A stretch of 64,000 nt of DNA from an uncultured Verrucomicrobiae bacterium (GCA_963828525.1 CAWHEP010000009.1:64001-128000), one strand, 5' to 3'; numbered from the stretch's first letter, positions 29,286 through 38,992 are shown. The notes: a model not told the origin generated them from the letters alone. Numbers and translations: made by a program.

Positions 29286-31973
29286 TTATTTCTCCGCGGG
29301 TTGCGCCGAAGGCGCGGGTCGCACAATAGCGATCACGTTCGGCTTGTTCTCAAAATACTTGCTCGCAATACGTTTTACATCCTCAAGCGTCTCCGATTCG
29401 ATCTTTGCTCGCTCGATTTTGTAGTGGTCATATCCGAGTCCATACAGTTCGTCCAGAGCGCAGGCGTAAGAGAAAGCGTCATTGCTCTGGTTTCGGATTT
29501 CCATCTGCCCGACAGATTTTTCCTTCGCTCGCGTCAGTTCCTCCGGCGTCAGTCCATCCCGGCTCAGCTTCCCAATTTCGTCCAGCAGCTCAGCCTTGAC
29601 CAAATCCACTTTCTGCGGTGATGTGCCGAGGTAAAAAATAAACGGCCCATTTGTAAGCCCGGGCCCCTGACTGGCGCCAACGAAATAAGCAAGGCCCAGC
29701 TTCTCGCGTATCCTCACAAAAAACCGCGAGCCCAAGTCGCTCGAAGCCTCATCAATCAAATCGAGCGCATACCGATCCGGACTGAAAAGATCAGCCCCCA
29801 GATACCCGACCATCAGAATGGCTTGGGCCTTGTCCTTCGGTTCCTCCACGACGATCTGTCTGGCGAGTGGAACGGGGGCCGGTGGGCTAACAAGCGCCTC
29901 TTCTCCGGGGGGGAGCTTCCCGAGCGTCCTTTCGAGTTGAGCCTTCACTTCGGCGGCTTTCACGTCCCCAAAGACCGCCACTACTCCATTCCGTCCGACG
30001 GTGTGCTTCCGGTAGAACGCGAGCAACTCAGCCCGTGTCAGTTTTGCAACGCTCTCAGGAGTGCCGTTGCTCCGTAACCCGTAAGGATGTGAGCCGAACA
30101 GGCTCGAGCGCATGAGATTGCGCGCCACCGATGTCATCTCTTCCTCTTCAGCCTTTATCCCCGCGAGTTGCAGTTCTTTTTCGCGAGCGATCTCGTTCTC
30201 CGGCATCGTGGCGTTTAGTAGCACGTCCGACAGAAGCTCGAGACCTAGACCAACGTCGGGCTGCATCATTCGCACGGATACACTGAGGCTGTTGTTCCCT
30301 GCATCACTTCCAATGCTCCCGCCCACAGACTCGATCTCGTCCGCGATCTGCTCGGAGTCGCGTTTCTTCGTTCCCTTCACCATCACATGCGCCGTTAATC
30401 TCGTGATGCCATTATCAGCGGCAGTCTCAGCAAGAAGACCGGCCTTGAACACCGCCACTGCGGAAACCAGCGGCAGCCTCGGATCCTCCCTCACCAGAAC
30501 CCTCATTCCATTCGAAAGCTCGAATTTCTGAATTTCGCCAGCGGAGATTGCCACGCTCTTTTCCGCCCCGGCATGAAGAGAGCCGATCGGGTTCAGCGAT
30601 GTGACACTCAGATTTGAGTCCGCGAAGTAGGTCAGGAGGACGCGCTTCACATCAGCCGCCGAGACCCGCTGTATCGCCTCAAGGTAATCATGCGAAAAAT
30701 TCAAGTTTCTGGTTGTGAGCCAGTTTGACCCGAGGTCCGAAGCTTTCCCGCGCATCGAAGTGAGCGACTGCAATTGGTTGTTCAGCGAGAGCTTTTTCGC
30801 TTTTTCCAGTTCCTCTTCCGTCACCCCCGTTCTCTTCGCTTCGGCAAGGATCGCCAGGATCGCTTTCTCCGCTTCTTCCCGTTTGTCGGGATCCAGAATC
30901 GCGCTCACGCCAAACAACCCGGCGTCTGAGGGGGAGTAGGCGAACGCCGAAATCGTATGCACAAGGCCCGTCTCCTCCCGCAGCCTTTTGTTAAGCCGCG
31001 AGCTTCGCCCATCCCCAAGGATCGCCGATAGAAGATCCAGGGCCGGGATGTCAGGATGGGTAATGCGGGGGATGTGCCAGGCCAGATTCAACCGCGTTAA
31101 TTCTGTCGGGAACTCCTTGTGCGAATCCCGCCGCCCAAGTTGCTGCGGTTCCTCGGGGATATACACAGGCGGCAGGCTGCGCTGGGGATACTTCCCGAAG
31201 AGATGCTGCACTTGCGCATGCACGGCATCGGCATCCACATCGCCGACCACCACGAAGAATAGGTTATTTGGCACATACCGCGTCTTATAATAAGCCATCA
31301 CCTCGTCGCGGGTCAGCTTATTGTAGATCGCGAGATGCCCGATCACGGGAAGCCGATAGGGATGAGTCTCGTACGCCGTCGCGAAAAGCTCCAGCGAACT
31401 CATCCGGTCTGGATTGTCGTAACCCATGGCGAACTCACGCCGGATTACCTCCTGCTCCTTCACATACTCCTCTGGAGGCAGAGTGGAATTCATCATCGCG
31501 TCGGAGAGGATCTCCAGCGCGTTTGCCGTGCCCTTGCTTGGCGTGTCTATCCAGAACACCGTCCTGTCATACGAGGTGTAGGCATTGATATAACCGCCAG
31601 TATCTTGAATTTTCTGCGCGATCTGGTTCGTTGAGCGTGTCTCAGTCCCTTTGAACAGCATGTGCTCCAGGATGTGTGAGAGCCCGGCGCCGAGATGCTT
31701 GTCCTCGTCAATGCTCCCCGTCTCGCACCACGCCTGCACACTCGTTACCGGGGCGCTGTGATCCTCCTGGACAATCAATGTCAAGCCGTCGGGCAGCGTC
31801 CACTTCCGCGCGGTCGTTCGAGGAAAGATAATCCCGTCCTTGCGTTCAGATAACGCCGCGTTCCTGGCATTTTTTGGTTCAACGGTCTGCGTGGACTCCG
31901 AGGGAGCGTCCGCGAATGTGGTGCTTAGCATAAAGGAAAAGATTGGCAGCAGGGAGCGCGCAAAGCGTCTCAT
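29286..31973 (-). CDS. M16 family zinc metalloprotease (two-half, pitrilysin-like)
   Basis: GLSHILEHMLFKG (HxxEH), NAYTSYDRT; second half inactive with SRFFVRIREKLGLAY; possible signal peptide. Confidence 0.93.
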   Translation of the reverse strand: MRRFARSLLPIFSFMLSTTFADAPSESTQTVEPKNARNAALSERKDGIIFPRTTARKWTLPDGLTLIVQEDHSAPVTSVQAWCETGSIDEDKHLGAGLSHILEHMLFKGTETRSTNQIAQKIQDTGGYINAYTSYDRTVFWIDTPSKGTANALEILSDAMMNSTLPPEEYVKEQEVIRREFAMGYDNPDRMSSLELFATAYETHPYRLPVIGHLAIYNKLTRDEVMAYYKTRYVPNNLFFVVVGDVDADAVHAQVQHLFGKYPQRSLPPVYIPEEPQQLGRRDSHKEFPTELTRLNLAWHIPRITHPDIPALDLLSAILGDGRSSRLNKRLREETGLVHTISAFAYSPSDAGLFGVSAILDPDKREEAEKAILAILAEAKRTGVTEEELEKAKKLSLNNQLQSLTSMRGKASDLGSNWLTTRNLNFSHDYLEAIQRVSAADVKRVLLTYFADSNLSVTSLNPIGSLHAGAEKSVAISAGEIQKFELSNGMRVLVREDPRLPLVSAVAVFKAGLLAETAADNGITRLTAHVMVKGTKKRDSEQIADEIESVGGSIGSDAGNNSLSVSVRMMQPDVGLGLELLSDVLLNATMPENEIAREKELQLAGIKAEEEEMTSVARNLMRSSLFGSHPYGLRSNGTPESVAKLTRAELLAFYRKHTVGRNGVVAVFGDVKAAEVKAQLERTLGKLPPGEEALVSPPAPVPLARQIVVEEPKDKAQAILMVGYLGADLFSPDRYALDLIDEASSDLGSRFFVRIREKLGLAYFVGASQGPGLTNGPFIFYLGTSPQKVDLVKAELLDEIGKLSRDGLTPEELTRAKEKSVGQMEIRNQSNDAFSYACALDELYGLGYDHYKIERAKIESETLEDVKRIASKYFENKPNVIAIVRPAPSAQPAEK

Positions 31974-32407
31974 GTCAGCTTGCCGGCTGGCCGCTCCCCC
32001 TTCGCGCCTTCCTCGTTCCGCAGGGGTTCATCTGGCCGAAAGGGACTCACAAAAGCGGCATGGAAATCGAATCCTTCCCTGAAATGCTCGATCGAATCTT
32101 CATCTGTCTTTCGGAAGACTCCAGCGCGAATAAGGCTGAAAACGATCTCCCCGATATCCTCGCAGCGCCGTATTCCCCAGTAAGCGAATACTGTTAACAC
32201 CATCGGCCCGAACTCTTTCAACGCGAACTGCCGCACCCCATCCAGGAGCTCGTGGCCCGACACGTGCCTTGAAACGTCTTCCTTTTTCTTCCGCTGCTTT
32301 GTCGTGAAATCCAGCGCGTTTTTTATGAAAAGATAGGCTTCCCGGTCATAGCGATTATCGCTCGCAAGGATCGCGTCAACGGCTTCCGGGAATCCGACCT
32401 TCTGCAT
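31970..32407 (-). CDS. Minf_1886-like conserved PVC-group protein
   Basis: DNRYDREAYLFI, RHVSGHELLDG, EFGPM...WGIRRCEDIGEIVFSLI...DSIEHF; start at ATG 32407. Confidence 0.75.
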   Translation of the reverse strand: MQKVGFPEAVDAILASDNRYDREAYLFIKNALDFTTKQRKKKEDVSRHVSGHELLDGVRQFALKEFGPMVLTVFAYWGIRRCEDIGEIVFSLIRAGVFRKTDEDSIEHFREGFDFHAAFVSPFRPDEPLRNEEGAKGERPAGKLT

Positions 32408-32412
32408 GTGAG

Positions 32413-32547
32413 CTAGTGTCCCGCCTCGGAAAGGGCGGTTGGAACCTTCCGCGTCGACACTCGGTAGCAATGCGCAATCGACCCCCCGACAAGCGAGGTC
32501 AGTATGAACACGACAACCAGTTGCTCCCGGACCGTCAGAGAAACCAT
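32413..32547 (-). CDS. 44-aa single-TM small protein (not in ORF track)
   Basis: MVSLTVREQLVVVFILTSLVGGSIAHCYRVSTRKVPTALSEAGH*; sits between a clear promoter and the next gene (5-nt gap). Confidence 0.62.
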   Translation of the reverse strand: MVSLTVREQLVVVFILTSLVGGSIAHCYRVSTRKVPTALSEAGH

Positions 32548-32574
32548 TTGCTGGAGGAATTCAATCAGACGTCA

Positions 32575-32603
32575 AGCCTATGCGCGAAGCCGCCCAGCGT
32601 CAA
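32575..32603 (-). promoter_or_regulatory. sigma-70 promoter of the superoperon
   Basis: Minus strand TTGACG-N17-TAGGCT, 27 nt before the small-ORF ATG. Confidence 0.65.
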
Positions 32604-32648
32604 GAGCACCCCAGCTCGCGAAGTTCGTTGGAAATCAGGCTGACTCTT

Positions 32649-33728
32649 CTATACCCGAGGCTGCTGCTGCGTGAGGCAGTGAAAGGCGCCAAGACCCCAG
32701 ATCAACTCCCTGCAGTCAATCGGAACGATCTTCCGCGTGGGAAGGGCGTTTTTCAGCACTGCCACAGCCCAAGCGTCGTTCGTATCCGAGAATGTCGGAA
32801 GCAGCACCACCTCATTGCCGATATAAAAGTTCGCGTAGCTCGCTGGAAGCCGCTGCCCCTGGCGCACGATCTTCCCGGGCATCGGCAGGGTGAAAACGTC
32901 CAGAGGTGATCCATCCTCGGCCTGCATCTCGCGCAATTTTGCCAGGTTCTTCTGCAAGGGAAGGTGATTCGCGTCCTCGGGGTCCTCCTCAATGGCGGTG
33001 ACCACCTGTTTAGGACCCACGAATCGCGTAATATCGTCCACGTGTCCGTCCGTATCATCTCCCTCAATGCCATCTCCCAGCCACAGAATGCGCTGGACGC
33101 CCAGAAAATCGGTCAGCTTCTTTTCGATGTCCTTTCGCGTGAGTTCGGGGTTTCTGTTTGGGTTGAGGAGGCAGGACTTCGTTGTCAGCAGGCTGCCCCG
33201 CCCATTCACGTCGATTGATCCACCCTCGAGTACCATGTGAGGTCGAAAGCACTGGATGCCGAGGCGCGCTGCGATATGCAAGGGAACGTCATCATCGAAA
33301 TCGAACGGCGGGTATTTCCAGCCCCACGCGTTGTAATCCCAGTCCACCGCCGCCAGCCTGGGTTCCAGGTCACGCACCAGGAAGGTTGGGCCGTGGTCGC
33401 GACACCACGGTTCATTCGTCCGTATCTGAAAGAAAGAAACCGCGTCGGAGTCCACTCGCGCCTTTTCAAGATGTGACCGCGCCTCCGATTCCTGCTCCGG
33501 GTCGTTTACGTTGATGTGAACGCGCTCGCCCCCGGTGAGAGCCTTCACCATTTTGCACAGAATCGGCGGGATGGCCTCGTAGGAATCAGGAAAGCTGATC
33601 CCCTCCTTTCGTGGCCATGAGAGCCACGTTGCTTCATGAGGTTCCCATTCCGCGGGCATGCGGAAGCCCAGTTGCGCGGGCGTAAGAGCCTCGGATGCGT
33701 TCGCGTCACCGACGGGTTGTTCCGCCAT
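32649..33728 (-). CDS. aguA: agmatine deiminase (PAD_porph family)
   Basis: RMPAEWEPH, WCRDHGP, LEGGSIDVNG, DDTDGHVDD, ASYANFY, GLGAFHCLTQQQP; start at ATG 33728. Confidence 0.93.
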   Translation of the reverse strand: MAEQPVGDANASEALTPAQLGFRMPAEWEPHEATWLSWPRKEGISFPDSYEAIPPILCKMVKALTGGERVHINVNDPEQESEARSHLEKARVDSDAVSFFQIRTNEPWCRDHGPTFLVRDLEPRLAAVDWDYNAWGWKYPPFDFDDDVPLHIAARLGIQCFRPHMVLEGGSIDVNGRGSLLTTKSCLLNPNRNPELTRKDIEKKLTDFLGVQRILWLGDGIEGDDTDGHVDDITRFVGPKQVVTAIEEDPEDANHLPLQKNLAKLREMQAEDGSPLDVFTLPMPGKIVRQGQRLPASYANFYIGNEVVLLPTFSDTNDAWAVAVLKNALPTRKIVPIDCRELIWGLGAFHCLTQQQPRV

Positions 33729-33733
33729 ATACT

Positions 33734-34621
33734 CTAGTCCGAAAAGCGCCGGTCGATTTGAGAATAGGCGTCGATCCTGCGATCTCGAAAGAAGGGCCAG
33801 TGCGAGCGCTGCTCTCCGACACGCGCGAGATCGATCTCCGCGATCAGGATCTCCTCCTTTTCGGCGCTTGCCCGAGCGAGCACAACGCCATCGGGCCCGC
33901 AAATGAAGCTCTGACCCCAGAAAACAATGCCTGCCCCGTCCACCGGGGTTTCATGACCGACTCGATTTACCGCTGCCACGAAGCAGCCATTGGCGATCGC
34001 GTGACTCCGCTGCATGGTCTCCCACGCGTCGTGCTGCGACTCGCCAAACCGCTCGCGCTCAGAAGGGTGCCAGCCAATCGCCGTGGGATAGAAGAGAATC
34101 TCAGCGCCCTGCAGGGCAGTCAGTCGAGCCGCCTCCGGAAACCACTGATCCCAACAGACGCACACACCCACTTTTCCGTATCCCGTGTTCCACGCGCGGA
34201 AGCCAAGATCGCCAGGCGTGAAGTAGAACTTCTCATAGTAAAGGGGGTCATCCGGGATGTGCATTTTCCGATATTTGCCAAGATACGCGCCGTCATTGTC
34301 CAGGACAGCCGCGGTATTATGATAAATGCCTGGGGCCCGCTTTTCGAACAGGGAGCTGACGATCACCACCCCATTCCGCCGAGCCGCGTCGCCCAGCGCT
34401 GCTGTCGAAGGACCTGGTATTTCCTCCGCCAGCGCGAAGTGCGCATGATCCTCGGACTGGCAGAAGTATTGGGATCGAAACAGTTCAGGCAGGCAGACCA
34501 CATTTGCGCCCGACGCAGCCGCTTGCGTGATCTTCTCCAGGGCGTTCGCCATGTTCTCCTCTGGCTCTGCCGCGCAGAGCATCTGGACCAGGGCAACCGT
34601 CACTTTCGAGGGGGAATGCAT
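33734..34621 (-). CDS. aguB: N-carbamoylputrescine amidase (nitrilase family)
   Basis: LPELF, YRKMHIPDDPLYYEKFYFTPGD, VCWDQWFPE, YPTAIGW; adjacent to aguA. Confidence 0.9.
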   Translation of the reverse strand: MHSPSKVTVALVQMLCAAEPEENMANALEKITQAAASGANVVCLPELFRSQYFCQSEDHAHFALAEEIPGPSTAALGDAARRNGVVIVSSLFEKRAPGIYHNTAAVLDNDGAYLGKYRKMHIPDDPLYYEKFYFTPGDLGFRAWNTGYGKVGVCVCWDQWFPEAARLTALQGAEILFYPTAIGWHPSERERFGESQHDAWETMQRSHAIANGCFVAAVNRVGHETPVDGAGIVFWGQSFICGPDGVVLARASAEKEEILIAEIDLARVGEQRSHWPFFRDRRIDAYSQIDRRFSD

Positions 34622-34751
34622 GACGCGCGAATACTAGCCGAGACTTCAAATTGGGGGAACAGGAAAAATAGGAAGACCGCCGTCCACAGGTATGGCCGAG
34701 CATCCTCGAAGAGAAACTCTCAGCAGCTCGACGCGGGAGGGAATTCCCTCG

Positions 34752-35131
34752 CTTCCACGTTAGCACCCTCACCCCCTCAACTGCGCAGAAATGACGGTCG
34801 CGAGTTAGAATTGCAAGTGAGTGCTGCCTGGCAAGCGCCGCGATCCAAATAACATTGTCCGGGATAGGCTTCCCAGCTTTGCGTAACTCACGGCGAATCG
34901 ACCCGTAATGGCTAGCAGTTTCCCCGTCGATCAAAAGAATAATGCAGTCCCGGATCAGATCCCGGAATCCACCGTGCAGCGCGCTTTTGGCGGGCGCGCT
35001 GTGTAGCCCAAACATCACTTCGCCTGACACAATTGCCGGTATCTCGATACCGGATGCCTCGGCTATGATAGCGTGAACCTGTTTCGGTGCCTTTCAGCCA
35101 ATCCGACAGGGCGTTGGTTATCCAGAATCAC
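34752..35131 (-). pseudogene. vapC: degenerate VapC/PIN-domain toxin
   Basis: Reads VILD-TNALSDWLKG after removing 1 nt near 35118; a second shift occurs near 35082; then IPAIVSGEVMFG...YGSIRRELRKAGKPIPDNVIWIAALARQHSLAILTRDRHF; no stop after ...VLTW. Confidence 0.8.
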
Positions 35132-35283
35132 TCCCAGTCACCGGGGAAGACGCGCTCGCACTCACGTTCGATGATCTTCTCGATAACTGCGAGCTGCGCC
35201 TTATATTTTGCGCAAAATGGGAAGGCGGAGGAATTAAATTGACGGGGATATCCGTCGCATTTGATTCCTTTCTCAAACTGCAC
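35128..35283 (-). pseudogene. probable antitoxin remnant upstream of vapC
   Basis: C-terminus ...LAVIEKIIERECERVFPGDWE*; its TGA overlaps the vapC GTG (GTGA). The acidic, Trp-ending tail is typical of VapB-type partners. Confidence 0.5.
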
Positions 35284-35352
35284 CTCTGGAAGATCGTGTC
35301 TTGACCGCTTCTCGCCTATCGGGCGGCGATATAAGCCCTCACAAAGAGGTCA

Positions 35353-36159
35353 CTACCCCCCCACTGCCTGGTAATGACGCACGCCAACGGCCCACATGAC
35401 CCGCGCCAGAATCCACATGGCGATCAGCCATCCAGTTTGGATCATCAGACCCGTATAAAGCTCCCTGCCATGAACCCGCTCCAGGAAGATGGAAACCGGG
35501 AAAAATATTTCATATGTGAAGGGAAGCCATCTCTCAATGACCTGAACCCAGCCCGGCATGATATCGATCGGGAACATCTGCCCGCTCAAAAAATATTCGA
35601 ACGAGTAGAGGATGAATACGATGGTGGAGATTTCCAATATCCAAAAAGCCATCATCGCCAAGGCATAGGCGATGAAGAACTGGATGAACGCGGCCATGGC
35701 TAGCGAGAGAGCGAAAAAGAACCATGTGATGCCCTGGTGGGGAAAGACAACCACTGCCCGAAAGTATAGAAAGACCAGCGCGACGGGGAGCAGCGTGACG
35801 AACGTGTACAGGGCGCGGCTGCTGAGGAAGAGACTGACGCGGTGGCCGAGATAATTCAGCGGCTTGGTCAGGAACGCGTTTATGAGGCCATCGCGGATTT
35901 CCGCCGCGATCTGCCATTCATCCTCGGTGGGCGTCACCATGCTGTTCACCAGCATGGTGAGCAGAAAGTAGAAGATCATTGAGGAGTAACCGTAGCCTCC
36001 GATGTCTCCCTTGCGTTCAGCGAAGATGGCTTTCCAGATGAAGACCATGCCAACGAGAGGCACAAAGCCAAACGTAGAACGCAGGAAAAAATTCCAGCGA
36101 TAGACAAAGGTGTTCTGAAGCCCAATGTCAAAGACCTTGATGTACTTGGAGATGGACAC
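35353..36159 (-). CDS. ABC-2 family permease (DUF990 / ABC2_membrane_6 type)
   Basis: Six TMs; IAAEIRDGLINAFLTKPL, FLSGQMFPIDIMP, LPFTYEIFFP, YQAVGG. Confidence 0.87.
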   Translation of the reverse strand: MSISKYIKVFDIGLQNTFVYRWNFFLRSTFGFVPLVGMVFIWKAIFAERKGDIGGYGYSSMIFYFLLTMLVNSMVTPTEDEWQIAAEIRDGLINAFLTKPLNYLGHRVSLFLSSRALYTFVTLLPVALVFLYFRAVVVFPHQGITWFFFALSLAMAAFIQFFIAYALAMMAFWILEISTIVFILYSFEYFLSGQMFPIDIMPGWVQVIERWLPFTYEIFFPVSIFLERVHGRELYTGLMIQTGWLIAMWILARVMWAVGVRHYQAVGG

Positions 36160-36178
36160 TGTGAGAATCCCGAACCAG

Positions 36179-37495
36179 TCAGAGCGGCTCGACTGTGTTC
36201 ACCCCATTGGTGATCGTCCACGCGTCAGCAAGCGGCATCCTCTTCTTCTCGTGCCCTGGCCCCCATGAATCGGAGTAGAGGATTTCGTGTTTCGCATGGT
36301 TATAGCCGATGATGAGGCGCATGTGGCCTCCAAATCCGTGGATCGGGGGATTTTCCGGCGCCAGCCCGGCAACGACGCTCCAGAGAAGCGGTATGCCCGC
36401 GTCCACATGTGTCTCGACCGCTTTCTCAAAACGGTCCGCTTCGGCAGGATTCTTCATCCGGACTTCGCGGAACAGTTCAAACTTCATCTGGCGGTAGATC
36501 GTTCCCAAGTTGCCCTCCGGCTGATAAATATCCACTTCATCCGCGACGCGGCCTTTGCGCGTGAGGCGGTTGTACTCGTTGATGTTCGTGATGAGCTTCT
36601 TTAGATCGAACGGCTCGATTACGCGCGTCTTCACGCGCAGGCGGGCCGCGAGCCTCCGGAGGGCCTCAAACATCACACGGCAATCCGTTCCCACCGTGGA
36701 ACTGTTCGCGGCTTGCGCCAGCTCATTCTGATCCACCTTCTGCCCATAGTACCGCAGCACTCGTTCAACACTGGCATCCACACAATAACCTTTGGCCCCT
36801 TGGTCCACCATCGGGATGCCATCGATGCAGACATCCCCATCCGCGCTTTTTCTGACATGCGCCGGCCCTGAGAAGACTTGATCGCCCTTTGGTGGGAGGG
36901 TCTGCTCCAGAAGACCCTTTTGCCGCTCCGCCGGGGTGACTTCCAGCCTGACGAACTCCGCCCGGAACGGGATGCCTCTGGTTTTGAGTTCGCGAGTGCT
37001 GCTATATTCCAGCAGGAAACGTGAGCGCGCCGTCTGCCACACCATGCTTTCCGCCTTTACGGCGTTGGCCGCGTCCTTGCCTCGCGCAACGCCTGCGGTT
37101 CCCGTGAACCGGGTGAGCGCGTTTTCGCAGTTGCCGAGCAGCAGCGCAAAGTCATCCTTTGAGAGTTCGCCGTTATCGCCGCGATCATAGAAAAGGAAAT
37201 CCAATTCCTTAAGCCGGCCCGTTTCGAAGCGCGCAAGCGCTTGGGTAATCGGGTTTTGGAAAAGCTGGAGGCCTGGCATATACGCTTGCGCGATGGCGCG
37301 CGCCGCCGAGTTCCACCGAAACCCGAGATGTCCGTACGCCGCGAGGAACTGATCCCCGCCACACTCCCATAGCGCGTCATTCTGGAGCACCTCGTCGAGA
37401 GGCGCGCGAGGTGGCGGGGGATTCCCCCGGACGCCATGGGCCCCGAGGCAGCAGATTATCACGCTCGCCAACGCGCGCGCTAAGCGGGGTCTCAT
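36179..37495 (-). CDS. secreted protein with C-terminal papain-like (C39-like) peptidase domain
   Basis: Signal peptide; IPMVDQGAKGYC (Gln and Cys), GHMRLIIGYN (His), YSDSWG (Asp). Confidence 0.75.
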   Translation of the reverse strand: MRPRLARALASVIICCLGAHGVRGNPPPPRAPLDEVLQNDALWECGGDQFLAAYGHLGFRWNSAARAIAQAYMPGLQLFQNPITQALARFETGRLKELDFLFYDRGDNGELSKDDFALLLGNCENALTRFTGTAGVARGKDAANAVKAESMVWQTARSRFLLEYSSTRELKTRGIPFRAEFVRLEVTPAERQKGLLEQTLPPKGDQVFSGPAHVRKSADGDVCIDGIPMVDQGAKGYCVDASVERVLRYYGQKVDQNELAQAANSSTVGTDCRVMFEALRRLAARLRVKTRVIEPFDLKKLITNINEYNRLTRKGRVADEVDIYQPEGNLGTIYRQMKFELFREVRMKNPAEADRFEKAVETHVDAGIPLLWSVVAGLAPENPPIHGFGGHMRLIIGYNHAKHEILYSDSWGPGHEKKRMPLADAWTITNGVNTVEPL

Positions 37496-37614
37496 CGCTC
37501 CATTGTAAACGGCTTCCGCTCAACTGTCAGCGCGGCGCGCCATAAAATTTCGGGCGACCGCTTTTCTGCTGCCGTGACACCGCGAGCGGGCATGGTATTC
37601 TGCCCGCTCTTCCC

Positions 37615-38937
37615 TTGATCTCCCCGACCGAAATAATCGAGCCGAATGGTTCCCCCGTCAGCTCCAGGCTCGGTAGCCTGCGCTGGTGGATCCTGGGATT
37701 GGTGTTTTCCGCGACAGTCATCAACATCCTGGATCGCCTTTCCGTTTCGGTGCTTGCGCCCGTCATTCGCGCCCAGCTTCATCTGACCAACCTCGATTAC
37801 GCTGAAGTCGGAACATGGTTCCTGCTTGCCTACACTATCAGCCAGGGCCTGTCGGGAGTGATGCACGATCGCATTGGAGCTAAGCGAGGCTTCGCTGTCT
37901 CGATCACTGTTTGGTCCTCAGCCGCCCTTCTGCACGCGCTCGCTGGTGGCTTCACCAGCCTCTGCGCCTTCCGCGTTCTGCTCGGCTTGGGCGAAGGGGG
38001 AAACTGGCCGGGAGCCGTCAAGGTCATCACCAATTGGTTCCCCGCGCGCGAGCGGGCCATCGCTATCGGCATCGTAAACGGCGGATCCTCCGTCGGCGCG
38101 ATGGTCGCTCCTCCCATCATCGTCTGGCTGCAATATCAATTCGGCTGGCAATCCGCTTTCCTTGCCACCGGCGCTCTCGGCTTCATCTGGCTGGCAGCGT
38201 GGCTGGCATTCTACCAGCCTAGTGATACCCATCCCCGCCTCAGCGCTGTTGAACGGAAATACATTTGCGAGAATCGCCAGTCCCTTCCTGTGATCTCATC
38301 GCAAGACACCGAGCAGGCGCCCCGCTGGATCGCCCTGCTGGGCATGCGGCGCGTCTGGGCCATCGTTCTGGCGCGCCTCTTCGTCGATCCCGTCTGGTGG
38401 TTTTACATCCTCTGGCTGCCTGAGTACCTCAACAAGTCACGCGGGATCAGCCTCCAGAGAATCGGCGCGCTCGCGTCCCTGCCATTCATCGCGGCAGGCG
38501 CGGGCGGATTATTGGGAGGCGCTCTTTCCGGTTACCTCATTGGGAAGGGCTGGGCCACGCATCGCGCCCGCAAGGCGGTGATCATCGCGGCGGCCAGCAT
38601 AATGCCGAGCGGCATCCTCGCTGCTCACGCTGAGACCACTGCTGGGGCCCTGTTCTGGATCAGTGTCGTCACCTTCGGCTTCCAGGTCTGGATCAGCAAC
38701 GTGCAGGTGCTTCCCAGCGACCTTTTCCCTGCCCGCAGCGTGGCTAGCGTCGCCGGACTGGGCGGAGTCGGAGCTGGCATCGGGAGCATGGCGTTCACCC
38801 TCCTCACAGGATGGGTGGTTGATCATTTCTCCTACTCACCCATCATTACCACTGCGGCGCTTTTGTGTCCCGTGGGCACCGTGGCGCTCTTCGCGCTTCT
38901 TGGCCGAATACAACCCGCCAGTGAACAACCTGTCTAA
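37615..38937 (+). CDS. MFS transporter, ExuT/hexuronate-like (ACS family)
   Basis: RWWILGLVF..TVINILDR, GLGEGGNWPG..K..WFPARERA, DPVWWFYILWLPEYL, SDLFP. Confidence 0.87.
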   Translation: MISPTEIIEPNGSPVSSRLGSLRWWILGLVFSATVINILDRLSVSVLAPVIRAQLHLTNLDYAEVGTWFLLAYTISQGLSGVMHDRIGAKRGFAVSITVWSSAALLHALAGGFTSLCAFRVLLGLGEGGNWPGAVKVITNWFPARERAIAIGIVNGGSSVGAMVAPPIIVWLQYQFGWQSAFLATGALGFIWLAAWLAFYQPSDTHPRLSAVERKYICENRQSLPVISSQDTEQAPRWIALLGMRRVWAIVLARLFVDPVWWFYILWLPEYLNKSRGISLQRIGALASLPFIAAGAGGLLGGALSGYLIGKGWATHRARKAVIIAAASIMPSGILAAHAETTAGALFWISVVTFGFQVWISNVQVLPSDLFPARSVASVAGLGGVGAGIGSMAFTLLTGWVVDHFSYSPIITTAALLCPVGTVALFALLGRIQPASEQPV

Positions 38938-38992
38938 CGGCGCGATTTTTTTAATGAGAATCCCCCCTCCATCCAGGAAGCCATCCTCTGTG

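Noticed and set aside
34737..34750. 14-bp palindrome GAGGGAATTCCCTC
   Set aside because: Single occurrence with no known operator match; may be chance.
33695..34852. 385-aa plus-strand ORF (and similar long antisense ORFs such as 5665-6567, 44502-45524, 40800-41678)
   Set aside because: Shadow frames overlapping well-supported genes in GC-rich DNA; no recognisable motifs.
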